Of a stretch of 64,000 nucleotides of DNA, positions 8,712 through 17,721 are shown piece by piece. The notes beneath the pieces were generated by a model, which made no database searches, was not told the DNA's origin, and saw only the letters and a list, made by a program, of their open reading frames with translations. The stretch comes from Chloroflexota bacterium (GTDB lineage Bacteria; Chloroflexota; UBA11872), in NCBI GenBank assembly GCA_028874175.1, contig JAPPLN010000010.1, forward strand, positions 6,827 through 70,826, read 5' to 3'. The position numbers and the translations under genes are program-made. Positions within the stretch are counted from its first letter, which is position 1, and every line of letters starts with the position of its first letter.

Positions 8712-11234
8712 TTGCGCGTACCTTTCCAGTGGCTATGCGAACTGACGGGAATCGACGCGTCAGTTGACGACGTGGCCACCCGCCTGACCAACGCCGGATT
8801 CGAGGTCGGAGCGATCCACCGCGCCGGTGAGCACTGGGACCGCATCGTGGTGGGCGAAGTCGCACGAATCGACCCGCACCCCAACGCCGACCGCCTGAAC
8901 CTGCCGACCGTGAATACGGGCAGCGAGGAGATCCAGGTGGTCTGCGGGGCCTGGAATTTCGAGGTTGGCGACCGGATCGCCTTCGCGCCCGCAGGCGCGC
9001 GCCTGTGGGACCCCTACGCCGACGAGCCGGTGTTGAAGGAACTGAAGCCGACCCGGATCCGGGGCGTGGTCTCGCGCGGGATGTTGTGCTCCACGAAGGA
9101 GCTGGGCATCAGCGACGACCACGAGGGCATCCTGGTGCTGGATCCCGACGCGCCGCTGGGCCGGCCGCTGGCTGAGGCGCTGGGCGGCGAAGTGCTGGAG
9201 TTCGAGCTCAAGGCCAACCGCCCGGACGCGCTGTCGGTGCTGGGCATTGCGCGCGAGGCAGCCGCCCTGTATGGAACCGAGGTTCGGTCGCCGATTCCCA
9301 AGGATCGTCCGAGCGGGAACGGCTCGCAGCCAACGGTGCGGCTAGCAATCGACGACCCGGCGCTATGCGCGCGCTATTCGGCCGCCCTTGTCCATGACGT
9401 AACGGTGGGCGAGTCGCCCGCCTGGATGCGGGACCGGCTGGAGCAAGCCGGTGTGCGTCCGATCAGCACGATCGTGGACGCCACGAACTACGTGATGCTG
9501 GAACTGGGGCAGCCGCTGCACGCGTTCGACTGGGACACGGTGCGCGGCGGGTTCATCGGGGTTCGGACGGCGCGGCCGGGCGAGCGACTGGTAACGCTGG
9601 ACGGACAGGACCGCGAGCTGACACCCGACACGCTGTGCATCGTGGACGCCGAGGGGCCGGTGGCGCTGGCCGGGGTGATGGGCGGGCTGGATACCGAGGT
9701 CACCGACAAGACCGCGACCGTGCTACTGGAGTCGGCCACGTTCGATCCGATCAGCATCCGGCGCACGGCGCATCGCCTGAACCTGCGCAGCGAGGCGTCG
9801 CGGCGTTTCGAGAAGGGCCTGCCGCCGGAACTTACGTTGCTTGCGCTAAAGCGCTGTGTGCAAGTGATCGAAGAGATCGGGGCAGGCCGGGGTGAGTTCC
9901 TCACCGCCGATGCTTATCCCGAGCCGTCGGATCCGGCGCCGGTGGGGCTGGCGTTCAACCGGATCGAGCGGCTGATGGGCGTGGCTTACGACCGTAGCGA
10001 AGTCCGGCAGGCGCTGAGCGCGCTGGAGTTTGGGCTGGAAGAAAACGGGGACGAGTTGTGCGTGACGCCGCCGTTCTGGCGACGCGACGTGACCGCGCCG
10101 GCGGACGTCATTGAGGAAGTGGCGCGGCTGGTCGGCTACGAGCGCATCCCCGACACGCTGCCCACCGGGCAGGTGATGGACCTGGCGCCGGGCGAGATCG
10201 ACGAGCGCGACGACGAGGCGCGCGACGTGATGGCCGGCCTGGGTTTCGCCGAGTGCGTGACCTACGCCCTGACGAGCGAGGCGCGCATGGCGCGGCTGCT
10301 GCCGCCGGACCTGCTGGACGCTTCGCCCGACGCACCGCTGGGCGATTCCGAGGCCTGGGCGGCGGTGCGCGAGACGGCCATGAACGACGCCGGACGGACC
10401 CTGAGCGACCGGCTGCTGCCGCTGGACCGCGAGCCGCTGCGGCTGCGCAACCCGCTGTCGATGGAAGAGAACGCCCTGCGGCTCACCGGCCTGGGCACGA
10501 TGTTAGAAACCCTGCGGGCCAACCGGCGGCACGCCGACCGCGACCTGCTGCTCTTCGACTATCAGCCCTCGTTCCTGGCGCGCGACGGCGACCTGCCGGA
10601 AGAACCGAACTTCCTGACTGCCGTGATCGGCGAGCGGGTCAGCGCTGACCGATGGAACGAAACCGCCAACGTGGAACTGCCGTTCGTGCGGGGCGTGGTG
10701 GACGAACTGCTGTCACGCTCAGGAGTGCCGACCGACGAGGCCAGCCACGACGGGCTCCAGCACCCCACGTTTGCCGCCGGCGCCGCGGCCGCCGTCACCG
10801 TTGAGGGCCGCTTGCTGGCCGCCTACGGCGAGGTGGACGCTGAGGTCGCCTCGGCGTTCGACCTGGACGAGCGCGCCTGGGCGCTGCTGGTGGACATGCC
10901 CGCGGTGCGGGCGGCGTCGGGCGGCCCACCGTCGTTCAGCGCCTGGTCCGAATACCCATCAGCCCTGCGCGACCTGGCGATCGTCGTCGACGCCGACGTG
11001 ACGCAAGCCGAGGTTCAGGACACCATCCAGCGCGCCGGCCGCCCGCTATTGCAATCAGCCCGGCTCTTCGACGAGTACCGCGGCGAACAAATCCCCGCCG
11101 GCAAACGCAGCCTCGCCTACGCCCTCAGCTACGCCGCCCCAGACCGCACGCTCACCGACAAGCAGGCCGATCGGGCGCACAACCGCGTGGTGCGGGCGTT
11201 GCAGCACCGGTTGGGGGCGGAACTGCGCGGCTAG
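8712..11234 (+). CDS. pheT: Phenylalanine--tRNA ligase beta subunit
   Basis: 840 aa, TTG start 4 nt after pheS. MRVPFQWLCELTG, tRNA-binding domain (HPNADRLNL), B3/4 and B5 regions, C-terminal anticodon-binding domain. Confidence 0.95.
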   Translation: MRVPFQWLCELTGIDASVDDVATRLTNAGFEVGAIHRAGEHWDRIVVGEVARIDPHPNADRLNLPTVNTGSEEIQVVCGAWNFEVGDRIAFAPAGARLWDPYADEPVLKELKPTRIRGVVSRGMLCSTKELGISDDHEGILVLDPDAPLGRPLAEALGGEVLEFELKANRPDALSVLGIAREAAALYGTEVRSPIPKDRPSGNGSQPTVRLAIDDPALCARYSAALVHDVTVGESPAWMRDRLEQAGVRPISTIVDATNYVMLELGQPLHAFDWDTVRGGFIGVRTARPGERLVTLDGQDRELTPDTLCIVDAEGPVALAGVMGGLDTEVTDKTATVLLESATFDPISIRRTAHRLNLRSEASRRFEKGLPPELTLLALKRCVQVIEEIGAGRGEFLTADAYPEPSDPAPVGLAFNRIERLMGVAYDRSEVRQALSALEFGLEENGDELCVTPPFWRRDVTAPADVIEEVARLVGYERIPDTLPTGQVMDLAPGEIDERDDEARDVMAGLGFAECVTYALTSEARMARLLPPDLLDASPDAPLGDSEAWAAVRETAMNDAGRTLSDRLLPLDREPLRLRNPLSMEENALRLTGLGTMLETLRANRRHADRDLLLFDYQPSFLARDGDLPEEPNFLTAVIGERVSADRWNETANVELPFVRGVVDELLSRSGVPTDEASHDGLQHPTFAAGAAAAVTVEGRLLAAYGEVDAEVASAFDLDERAWALLVDMPAVRAASGGPPSFSAWSEYPSALRDLAIVVDADVTQAEVQDTIQRAGRPLLQSARLFDEYRGEQIPAGKRSLAYALSYAAPDRTLTDKQADRAHNRVVRALQHRLGAELRG

Positions 11235-11254
11235 ACGAGACTCTCATTGAGGGT

Positions 11255-11272
11255 CGGGGTAAACCCCGTTTT
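11255..11272 (+). terminator. Weak intrinsic terminator after pheT
   Basis: CGGGG-TAAA-CCCCG followed by TTTT, 21 nt after the pheT stop; only 5 bp. Confidence 0.35.
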
Positions 11273-11350
11273 GACTTCGTCCTAGGGCGGCGGATGCCCC
11301 GCAGCTTCACGCCGAGCCGAGTCCGTCAGTCCCTGTTGGGGCGCTAGCGC

Positions 11351-11692
11351 CTACTCCTCGAAGGTGACGCTGGCCGCGTGGAGTTCGTCGGGGCAGGCGC
11401 GGTCGATGGGGACGGGGGTGGGGAGGTTGTTTTGCTGGATGTAGCCCTTGTCGGCCAGCCAGGCTTCGACTTCCTCGCCACTGACGTCGGCCAGCATGCG
11501 GCCGTCGACGACCACGCAGGGTGAGAGCGGCTGCCCGCTCCTGGCGACCATCTCGTAGTAGTTGGCCGCGCTGTTGATGATGTCCTTGTCCTCGTAGTCC
11601 AGGTTGTACTTGTCCATCACGGCGCGGACGCCGGCGCTCCAGCCGCAGACGGGCTTCAGGTAGGCGGTGATGGCGGGCTGTTCGGTTGTCAT
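11351..11692 (-). CDS. Glutaredoxin/NrdH-like thioredoxin-fold protein, monothiol (C-G-W-S)
   Basis: ATG 11692 (MTTEQPAITAYLKPVCGWSAGVRAVMDKYNLDYEDKDI...SPCVVVDGRML) inside the over-long ORF 11351..12235. The upstream part of that ORF is antisense to the next gene. Confidence 0.7.
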   Translation of the reverse strand: MTTEQPAITAYLKPVCGWSAGVRAVMDKYNLDYEDKDIINSAANYYEMVARSGQPLSPCVVVDGRMLADVSGEEVEAWLADKGYIQQNNLPTPVPIDRACPDELHAASVTFEE

Positions 11693-11842
11693 GGGATTCA
11701 CTCTCGCACGGGAGAAACGGGCTGCCCGATTCTGGCAGACGGGGGCGGCGGCAGGAAGAGCTAAGGCTGAGGCAGCCCCCGGGTTGACCACGGATGCGCA
11801 AGCCGCCACGCTGCGGGTGTTGCGCTGGAGAGGATGACCGGC

Positions 11843-12301
11843 ATGAATCGACTGAACGTGGGCGACCGATTTCCCGAGCTGACGGGGCGCTGGGACGACG
11901 GCCGACCAGCCCACATCCCGGACGACCTGGACGCCGGACCGGCGGTGCTGCTGTTCTACCGCGGCCACTGGTGATCGCATTGCCGGCGGCAGTTGGTCGC
12001 CTATAGCTACGTGCTGGATGCCTTTACCGCGCTGGGCGTGCAGGTGGTGGGACTGTCGGTCGATTCGGCCGCGGACGCCGCGGCGACGCGCGAGCGTTTG
12101 CAGGTGGACGTGCCGCTGGTGGGCGATCTGGCCTACCCCGAATCGGTGGACACGCTGGGGGCGTACCGCAACGAGGACCGGCAGTCGCACCAGGCCAGCG
12201 CGTTTGTGCTGGATGCCGACCGCCGCATTGAACACGCCGTGTACAGCGCTACCAACGTCGGGCGGCTGATGCCCGAAGAGGTGCTGCGGATCCTCAGCTA
12301 G
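11843..12301 (+). CDS. AhpC/TSA (redoxin) family protein with in-frame TGA at the redox Cys position: candidate selenoprotein (alternative: nonsense pseudogene)
   Basis: ATG 11843 (GGAGAGG 11827-11833) reads MNRLNVGDRFPELTG...PAVLLFYRGHW-TGA(11972-11974)-SHCRRQLVAYSYVLDAF..., in the same frame as track ORF 11993..12301. Together they form one ~152-codon thioredoxin-fold domain. The TGA replaces the first Cys of the FYRGxWCxxC motif. Confidence 0.55.
11985..12001 (+). promoter_or_regulatory. Candidate bacterial SECIS hairpin
   Basis: GGCGGC-AGUUG-GUCGCC: 6-bp stem (one G.U), 5-nt loop containing GU, starting after a 10-nt spacer downstream of the TGA. Confidence 0.4.
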
Positions 12302-12307
12302 CGGGGC

Positions 12308-13324
12308 TCAGGCCAGGTTTGGGTTGACGGAGGACCACTCGTCGATGGACGGGATGATGCCCATGTCGATGGTCTCGTCGCGCAGCGCCTGCAGGTGGGC
12401 GTAGGCGGCGTCCAGTTCGGCTTGTTCGTCGGCGTCGCCCCGCGGCATGGACCAGCTGACGCCGTCCGGCCCCAGCTCGGCCGGCATGGCCATCATCACA
12501 TGGGAATACGGCTCGCCGGTGAGGTAGGCGCCGCAGGGCCACTCAAAGGTCGATCCGCCGGCAGCGGCGTGGACCATCATGGCCGTCTGGTGGCCGGGCG
12601 ACTGGAACGATGAGCGTCCGCGCAGCTTGATGATGCGGGAGCCGCCGTCCAGCACATCCTGGCGGATGCCCTGCCAGCCGTCGGCGTCCAGGCCGACGTC
12701 GTTGACGGTTGCGCCGGCGATGACGTCGTTCAGCAGCACGCCGTCAATGCGCGTTTCGCCCTTGAACAGCGCCATCTCCTGGCCGTGGCCGCCGTAGGTG
12801 CGGCAGCCGGTGACCCGGGATTGGGGCACGCCGAAGTGCTCCGCCAGGCGGGTCTGCAGGCGGGTGCTGTCCAGGCCCGCCAGGGTGCTGACGCGGGAGG
12901 CGGGGAGCCCGGAGTGCACCAGGGTGACCAGCCCGGTGACATCGGCGGGATTGAAGACGATCACGACCAGCTTCGCGTCCGGCGCGTTGGAGGCGATGTC
13001 GCGGCCCAGTTGGGCGGCGATCTCGGCGTTGCCGCGCAGGAGATCTTCGCGCGTCATGCCCTCGCGACGCGGCGCGCCGCCGGAACTGAGCACGTAGGCC
13101 GCGCCGGTCAGAGCTTCCGCCACGTCGGTGGTCCAGGTGACCTCGGCGTCGGGGAAGCCGCAGTGGTGAATCTCGGCCGCGGCGCCTTCCAGGCCCGGGC
13201 CGAAGGGGTCGAACATGGCAATGCGGTTGGCGGCGCCGGTGGCCAGCAGGGACTGAACGATGTTAGACCCCACGGCGCCGGCCGCGCCCATGACGGCGAC
13301 CCTGTCGTTAGTGACGTAGTTCAT
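12308..13324 (-). CDS. Malate/L-lactate dehydrogenase family NAD-dependent oxidoreductase
   Basis: RVAVMGAAGAVGSN (Rossmann), GGAPRREGMTREDLL, VFNPADV, GLDSTRL: the LDH/MDH signature blocks. Confidence 0.8.
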   Translation of the reverse strand: MNYVTNDRVAVMGAAGAVGSNIVQSLLATGAANRIAMFDPFGPGLEGAAAEIHHCGFPDAEVTWTTDVAEALTGAAYVLSSGGAPRREGMTREDLLRGNAEIAAQLGRDIASNAPDAKLVVIVFNPADVTGLVTLVHSGLPASRVSTLAGLDSTRLQTRLAEHFGVPQSRVTGCRTYGGHGQEMALFKGETRIDGVLLNDVIAGATVNDVGLDADGWQGIRQDVLDGGSRIIKLRGRSSFQSPGHQTAMMVHAAAGGSTFEWPCGAYLTGEPYSHVMMAMPAELGPDGVSWSMPRGDADEQAELDAAYAHLQALRDETIDMGIIPSIDEWSSVNPNLA

Positions 13325-13335
13325 GGCCGCCGGGG

Positions 13336-14142
13336 TCAGGCCTTCATGCCCGCGAGGGCGTCGCTGGCGGCGGTGGTGAGCATGCGCAGGTCATTGCCGA
13401 AGTCGATCAGGGTGAAGCCCTGCTGGACCAGTTCGCGGGCCTTGGCCACGTCCGAAATCGGTGTGCCGGCCGGCTTCCCGTTGGCCTGCGCGCCGGCCAG
13501 GATCGCGTCGATGGCGGCCACGTGGTCCGCGTCGACAAAGGCCTCGGACGTACTCAGGCCCATCGAGATGGCAAGGTCGTTAGGACCGATGAAGGCCACG
13601 TCGATGCCGTCCACGGCCATGATGGCCTCGATGTTGTTGACGCCTTCCATGTCCTCGATCTGCGGGCAGACCAGGAGTTCGTCGTTAATGCGGTCGCGGT
13701 CGGCCATGTTGATGGTGGCGCGGCCGGAGCCGGCGGAGCGGTGGCCGATGGGCGGATAGCGGCAGGCGTCGGCGATGGCCTCGGCCTGTTCGACGGTGCT
13801 GACGTGGGGAACGATCACGCCCATGGCGCCGGCATCCAGCGTGCGGGCCAGGACGACCGGGTCGTGCGACTCCACGCGGGCCATGGGAATACCGCCGCGG
13901 GACTCGATGGCGCGGAAGGCCTCGGTAGTGGTGCCGATGTCCCACTGGGCGTGCTCCACGTCCACGGCCAGCCACTCGTAGCCGGCCACGACGAGAGCCT
14001 CAGCGGCGATAGGTGAAACCAGGTTCAGGAACGAACCGTAGGAGGGCTCTCCGGCCTGGATCTTCAGTCGAACTGGATTGGGGAACTGCAAGGGAAACCT
14101 CTCTTGGTGAGGCAACACGGAACTGCGTCGATTGTTACGCAC
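13336..14142 (-). CDS. HpcH/HpaI-family aldolase
   Basis: GSFLNLVSPIAAEALVVAGYEWLAVDVEHAQ, GAMGVIVPHVST, CRYPPIGHRS. The start is uncertain (GTG 14142, or TTG 14091 preceded by GAGAGG). Confidence 0.8.
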   Translation of the reverse strand: MRNNRRSSVLPHQERFPLQFPNPVRLKIQAGEPSYGSFLNLVSPIAAEALVVAGYEWLAVDVEHAQWDIGTTTEAFRAIESRGGIPMARVESHDPVVLARTLDAGAMGVIVPHVSTVEQAEAIADACRYPPIGHRSAGSGRATINMADRDRINDELLVCPQIEDMEGVNNIEAIMAVDGIDVAFIGPNDLAISMGLSTSEAFVDADHVAAIDAILAGAQANGKPAGTPISDVAKARELVQQGFTLIDFGNDLRMLTTAASDALAGMKA

Positions 14143-14222
14143 GGATGGGGGGCTGTCAGTCGGACGCCGGGCTGAAACACGCGCCTACACTGGCTTCAGC
14201 GAGTGAACCTGGAGATTCAAAT

Positions 14223-14915
14223 ATGCGGACCGAGATCGAGTACAACCCGGCTTACACGATGCTGACGCTGGAGCTTTCCAGCGGCGAGTCGGTAAAGGCG
14301 GAGCCGGGGGCCATGGTGGCCCAGCAGGACGTGGAGATGACCACCGGCATGGGCAGCGGAGGGGTATTCGGCGGCCTGAAGCGCATGATGGGCGGCGAGT
14401 CCTTCTTCGTGAACACCTTCACGTGCGAGGGACCCGGCAACGGCTGGGTGAGCCTCGCGCCGCCGGTTCCCGGGGACATCGTGGGTCACGAACTGGGCGG
14501 GGGCGAAAGCCTGATCGTCCAGTCAGGTTCGTTCCTGGCTTCCACCGGCGGCGTGGAGTTGGACACCAGCTTCTCGGGCGGCCGCGGTTTGTTCAGCGGT
14601 GAGGGTCTGTTCCTGCTGAGGGCCTACGCCGACAGCGGCGGCGGCACGATCTGGTTCGACTCCTACGGTGCGGTCAAGGAGCTGGAGATCACCCACGGCT
14701 CCGAACTGGTGGTGGACACCGGGCACATGGTGGCCTTCACCGAGGGCGTGGACTACAGCATCGGCAAGGTCGGCGGCATCCGCTCGCTGATCGGCGGCGG
14801 CGAGGGCCTGGTCATGAAGTTCCGGGGCATGGGCACCGTGTGGGTGCAGAGCCGGAACATCTCGGCGCTGGCCAACTCGCTCATCCCGTTCCTGCCGAAG
14901 CCGAGTTCCAGGTAG
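14223..14915 (+). CDS. AIM24/DUF124 (TIGR00266) family protein
   Basis: ATG 14223 inside ORF 14013..14915. MRTEIEYNPAYTMLTLELSSGESVKAEPGAMV...GEGLFLLRAYADSGGGTIWF...VMKFRGMGTVWVQSRN. Confidence 0.8.
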   Translation: MRTEIEYNPAYTMLTLELSSGESVKAEPGAMVAQQDVEMTTGMGSGGVFGGLKRMMGGESFFVNTFTCEGPGNGWVSLAPPVPGDIVGHELGGGESLIVQSGSFLASTGGVELDTSFSGGRGLFSGEGLFLLRAYADSGGGTIWFDSYGAVKELEITHGSELVVDTGHMVAFTEGVDYSIGKVGGIRSLIGGGEGLVMKFRGMGTVWVQSRNISALANSLIPFLPKPSSR

Positions 14916-14966
14916 GGCGCAGCCCGCCGCGGCGGGCCGACCTTCCGCAGTTTCCGCCGCCGGGCC

Positions 14967-15434
14967 TTAGCCGGAAAGGCAGGCCATGACGGGGTCGTAG
15001 TCGGGCAGTTCCGGCACGTCTGGCGCGGTCTCGATGTGGGCGATCTTGCCGTCCGCGTCGACCACGATGACCACGCGATTGGCGATATTCATGCCCTCCA
15101 GCAGCACGCCGTAGGCGCTGGCCGTGGCCCCGAGCGGGTTGAAGTCGCTCAGCACCGGATAGCTCACGCCGGTCTGCTCGGCCCAGGCCTGCTGCGACCA
15201 CCCGTTGTCCGTGGAGATCGCGACCGTTACCGTATCGGCGAGTCCAACCAGCTTCTCCTCGATGATGGGGAGCTGGTTGCTGCATGTCGGCGAGAACGCG
15301 GCCGGCACGAAGTTAATCACCACGGTCGAGCCGCGATGGTCGCTGAGCTTGAACGGCTCTTCGCCCCTGGGCTTCGACGGAAGCTCGAAGTCCGGAGCCT
15401 CGTCACCAACCTTCAACGTCGTTGTCTCTGACAT
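14967..15434 (-). CDS. Peroxiredoxin (AhpC/TSA family, Cys form)
   Basis: ATG 15434 inside ORF 14967..15824. MSETTTLKVGDEAPDFELP...VVINFVPAAFSPTCSNQLP. Confidence 0.85.
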   Translation of the reverse strand: MSETTTLKVGDEAPDFELPSKPRGEEPFKLSDHRGSTVVINFVPAAFSPTCSNQLPIIEEKLVGLADTVTVAISTDNGWSQQAWAEQTGVSYPVLSDFNPLGATASAYGVLLEGMNIANRVVIVVDADGKIAHIETAPDVPELPDYDPVMACLSG

Positions 15435-15490
15435 CTCATGTCTCCCGCAGAAATCACTGACGAGATCGTACGGACCGGCGCGAACGCTGG

Positions 15491-17347
15491 CTATTGGTAG
15501 GCCGACGCCTGCATGCCGAACCAGGTGGCGTAGGTGCCGTTGAGGGCGATGAGTTCCTCGTGGGTGCCGTGCTCGGAGACGCGGCCGTCCTCGATGACGT
15601 AGATGCGGTCGGCCATGCGCACGGTGGAAAAGCGGTGCGAAATCAGCACGGCCATGCGCCCGGCCACGAGTTCCTTGAAGCGTTGGAACACCTCGTACTC
15701 CGAGCGGGCGTCGAGGGAGGAGGTGGGTTCGTCCAGGATCAGCAACTGCGCGTCGCGCATGTAACCGCGGGCCAGGGCGATCTTCTGCCACTCGCCGCCG
15801 GAGAGCTCCGTGCCGTCGCCCCACCAGCGGCCCAGGGTGGTGTCATAGGTGCGAGGCAAGCCCTCGATGGCCTCGGCGGCGCCGCTGCGGCGGGCGGCCG
15901 ACTCAATCAGCCCCGGTGTGTCCTTCACGGGCAGGTTGCCGTAGCCGATGTTGTCGCCGGCCGTGGCGTGGTAGCGCACGAAGTCCTGGAAGATCGCGCC
16001 GATCTGGCTGCGCACGCTGGCCACGTCATAGACGCGCATGTCGAGTCCATCGATCAGCACTCGGCCGGCGGATGGGTCGTAGAGCCGGGTCAGCAGCTTG
16101 ACGATGGTGGTCTTGCCCGCGCCGTTGGCACCGACCAGCGCGATCGTCTCGCCCCTGTTCACCTTCAGGTTGATGCCGCGCAGCACCGGCTCGCGGACGC
16201 CCGGATAGGTGAAGTTGACGTCGCGCAGTTCGATTCCGTCCTTGATCGGCCGGGGAACCGCGTGGCGGCCCGGATCGGGGCGAATGTCCGGTTCAAAGGC
16301 CAGGAAGTCAAAGAGGTTGGTCAGAAACAGGTTGGCCTCGTACATGGAGTTGACGCTGGCGAAGATCAGTCGCAGGCGATCCTGGGTCTGCACCAGCGCC
16401 TGGTGATAGAGCGTCAGATCGCCCAGGGTGAGGCGGCCGGCGATGGTGGCCAGCGCGACGAAGATGTAGAGCCCGGAGGCCGTGCCCGCCGAGAGGATGC
16501 CCAGGACAAAAGTGACGCTCTCGCGGGAGATGGTGAGCTTGCGGTTCTCTCGGTAGAAGCGGGCGAAAGTGCGGCGGTACTGGTCGAGCAGATGGCCGCC
16601 CAGGTCGAAGAGCCGGACTTCCTTGACCGTCTCGTCCGACGTCATCACGTAGCCGAGGTACCAGAGCCGGCGCGCGTCCGGAGCGCGCCGCCACTGGATC
16701 CGGTGATTGAGGCGGGCAAACCACATGTCCGCGCCCAGGTAGGGGATCGACGTGGCCGCCACGACCAGCAGAATCCACCAGGCCAGCGAGGCCAGCAGCG
16801 CCGCGACGGAAACCAACTGGATGACGCTGCCAACGAGCGAAAAGGTGTTGGTGACCAGGCCGGTCGGGCGCATGTTGGCTTCGCGGCGGGCACGTTCCAG
16901 CATGTCGTAGAAGGTTGAGTCCTCGAAGTACGCCAGATCGAGGGACTCGGCCTTCTCCAGGATCATGATGTTGATCCGGTTCGAGAAGCGGTCGCCCAGC
17001 ATGGCCCGCAGCGCGCTGCCGCCGTGGTCGAGCGCGGTGCCCGCCAGCGCGAGGGCCAGTTGCAGCACCACCAGCATGACCACGCGGTTGACCGATTCAC
17101 CGGTCCCGCCGACGGCGATGGCTTCGACAACTCCGTCGATCACCAGCTTGGTCAGCCAGATCGTGGCCGCCGGAATGAGGGCGCGAACACCGGTGATGGC
17201 GGCCACTCCGGCCGTAAGACCGGGGCTGGTCTGCCAAACCATGCCCAGCACGCGGGGCGTGTAGGCGAAGGTGGTGCTGAGGGCGCGCAGGTACTCGCGG
17301 GGACTAAAACCCGCCCGCCCGGACGGAGGCCCGTGGCGAAAACCCAT
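15491..17347 (-). CDS. ABC exporter, fused permease/ATPase (MsbA-like half transporter)
   Basis: 618 aa. N-terminal six-helix TMD, Walker A GANGAGKTT, signature LSGGEWQKIALAR, Walker B LLILDEPTS. Confidence 0.9.
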   Translation of the reverse strand: MGFRHGPPSGRAGFSPREYLRALSTTFAYTPRVLGMVWQTSPGLTAGVAAITGVRALIPAATIWLTKLVIDGVVEAIAVGGTGESVNRVVMLVVLQLALALAGTALDHGGSALRAMLGDRFSNRINIMILEKAESLDLAYFEDSTFYDMLERARREANMRPTGLVTNTFSLVGSVIQLVSVAALLASLAWWILLVVAATSIPYLGADMWFARLNHRIQWRRAPDARRLWYLGYVMTSDETVKEVRLFDLGGHLLDQYRRTFARFYRENRKLTISRESVTFVLGILSAGTASGLYIFVALATIAGRLTLGDLTLYHQALVQTQDRLRLIFASVNSMYEANLFLTNLFDFLAFEPDIRPDPGRHAVPRPIKDGIELRDVNFTYPGVREPVLRGINLKVNRGETIALVGANGAGKTTIVKLLTRLYDPSAGRVLIDGLDMRVYDVASVRSQIGAIFQDFVRYHATAGDNIGYGNLPVKDTPGLIESAARRSGAAEAIEGLPRTYDTTLGRWWGDGTELSGGEWQKIALARGYMRDAQLLILDEPTSSLDARSEYEVFQRFKELVAGRMAVLISHRFSTVRMADRIYVIEDGRVSEHGTHEELIALNGTYATWFGMQASAYQ

Positions 17348-17721
17348 GAGGTTGAGGGGCCGGGGAGCTAACGAGGACTAGAGGCTAGCAACCGATGCCG
17401 TGACGTCTTACGTCGGGCTCGACACCAGTCGCGTGCCCGGAAAGTGGACGGCCCAGGCCTACCAATACGGCGTGCTGTGTAGGAGCGGCGGCAATTGCGC
17501 GTTCGTCATCGACATTGTCGAGGCGCAGCTTCTCGATCTGACTGGGGCGACGGCCCTCGCGTTCGCCCGTGCCCATTTCTGAGAGAGGCACCCAGGCGAT
17601 CGGCAAACCGCTGCTCCATACCTGGCCGCGCAGTTCCGCGGCCCGTTGCAGATCGGCCGGGCTGGATTCGACCAGTGTCGCCTGGCGCGCCGCTACGACT
17701 TCCGGCGGTTGATCCGGCGGT

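Noticed and set aside
7766-8767. 333-aa plus ORF overlapping pheS
   Set aside because: Alternative frame of pheS; Arg/Gly/Pro-rich; pheS motifs occur only in the 7686 frame.
11972-11974. Treating the TGA simply as a stop, with the upstream 43 codons as non-coding
   Set aside because: Not fully rejected. It is disfavoured for three reasons. Both halves are in one frame and together rebuild a complete redoxin fold. The TGA falls exactly on the redox Cys column. A 17-nt hairpin sits at the SECIS distance. A nonsense pseudogene remains the alternative.
11693-12235. Upstream 180 codons of the 294-aa minus ORF 11351..12235
   Set aside because: Only the last 113 codons (from ATG 11692) look like a glutaredoxin-fold protein. 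The rest is Arg/Gly/His-rich and antisense to the redoxin gene.
15494-16918. 474-aa plus ORF
   Set aside because: Antisense shadow of the ABC transporter gene; low-complexity G/A/V/D/R composition and no motifs.
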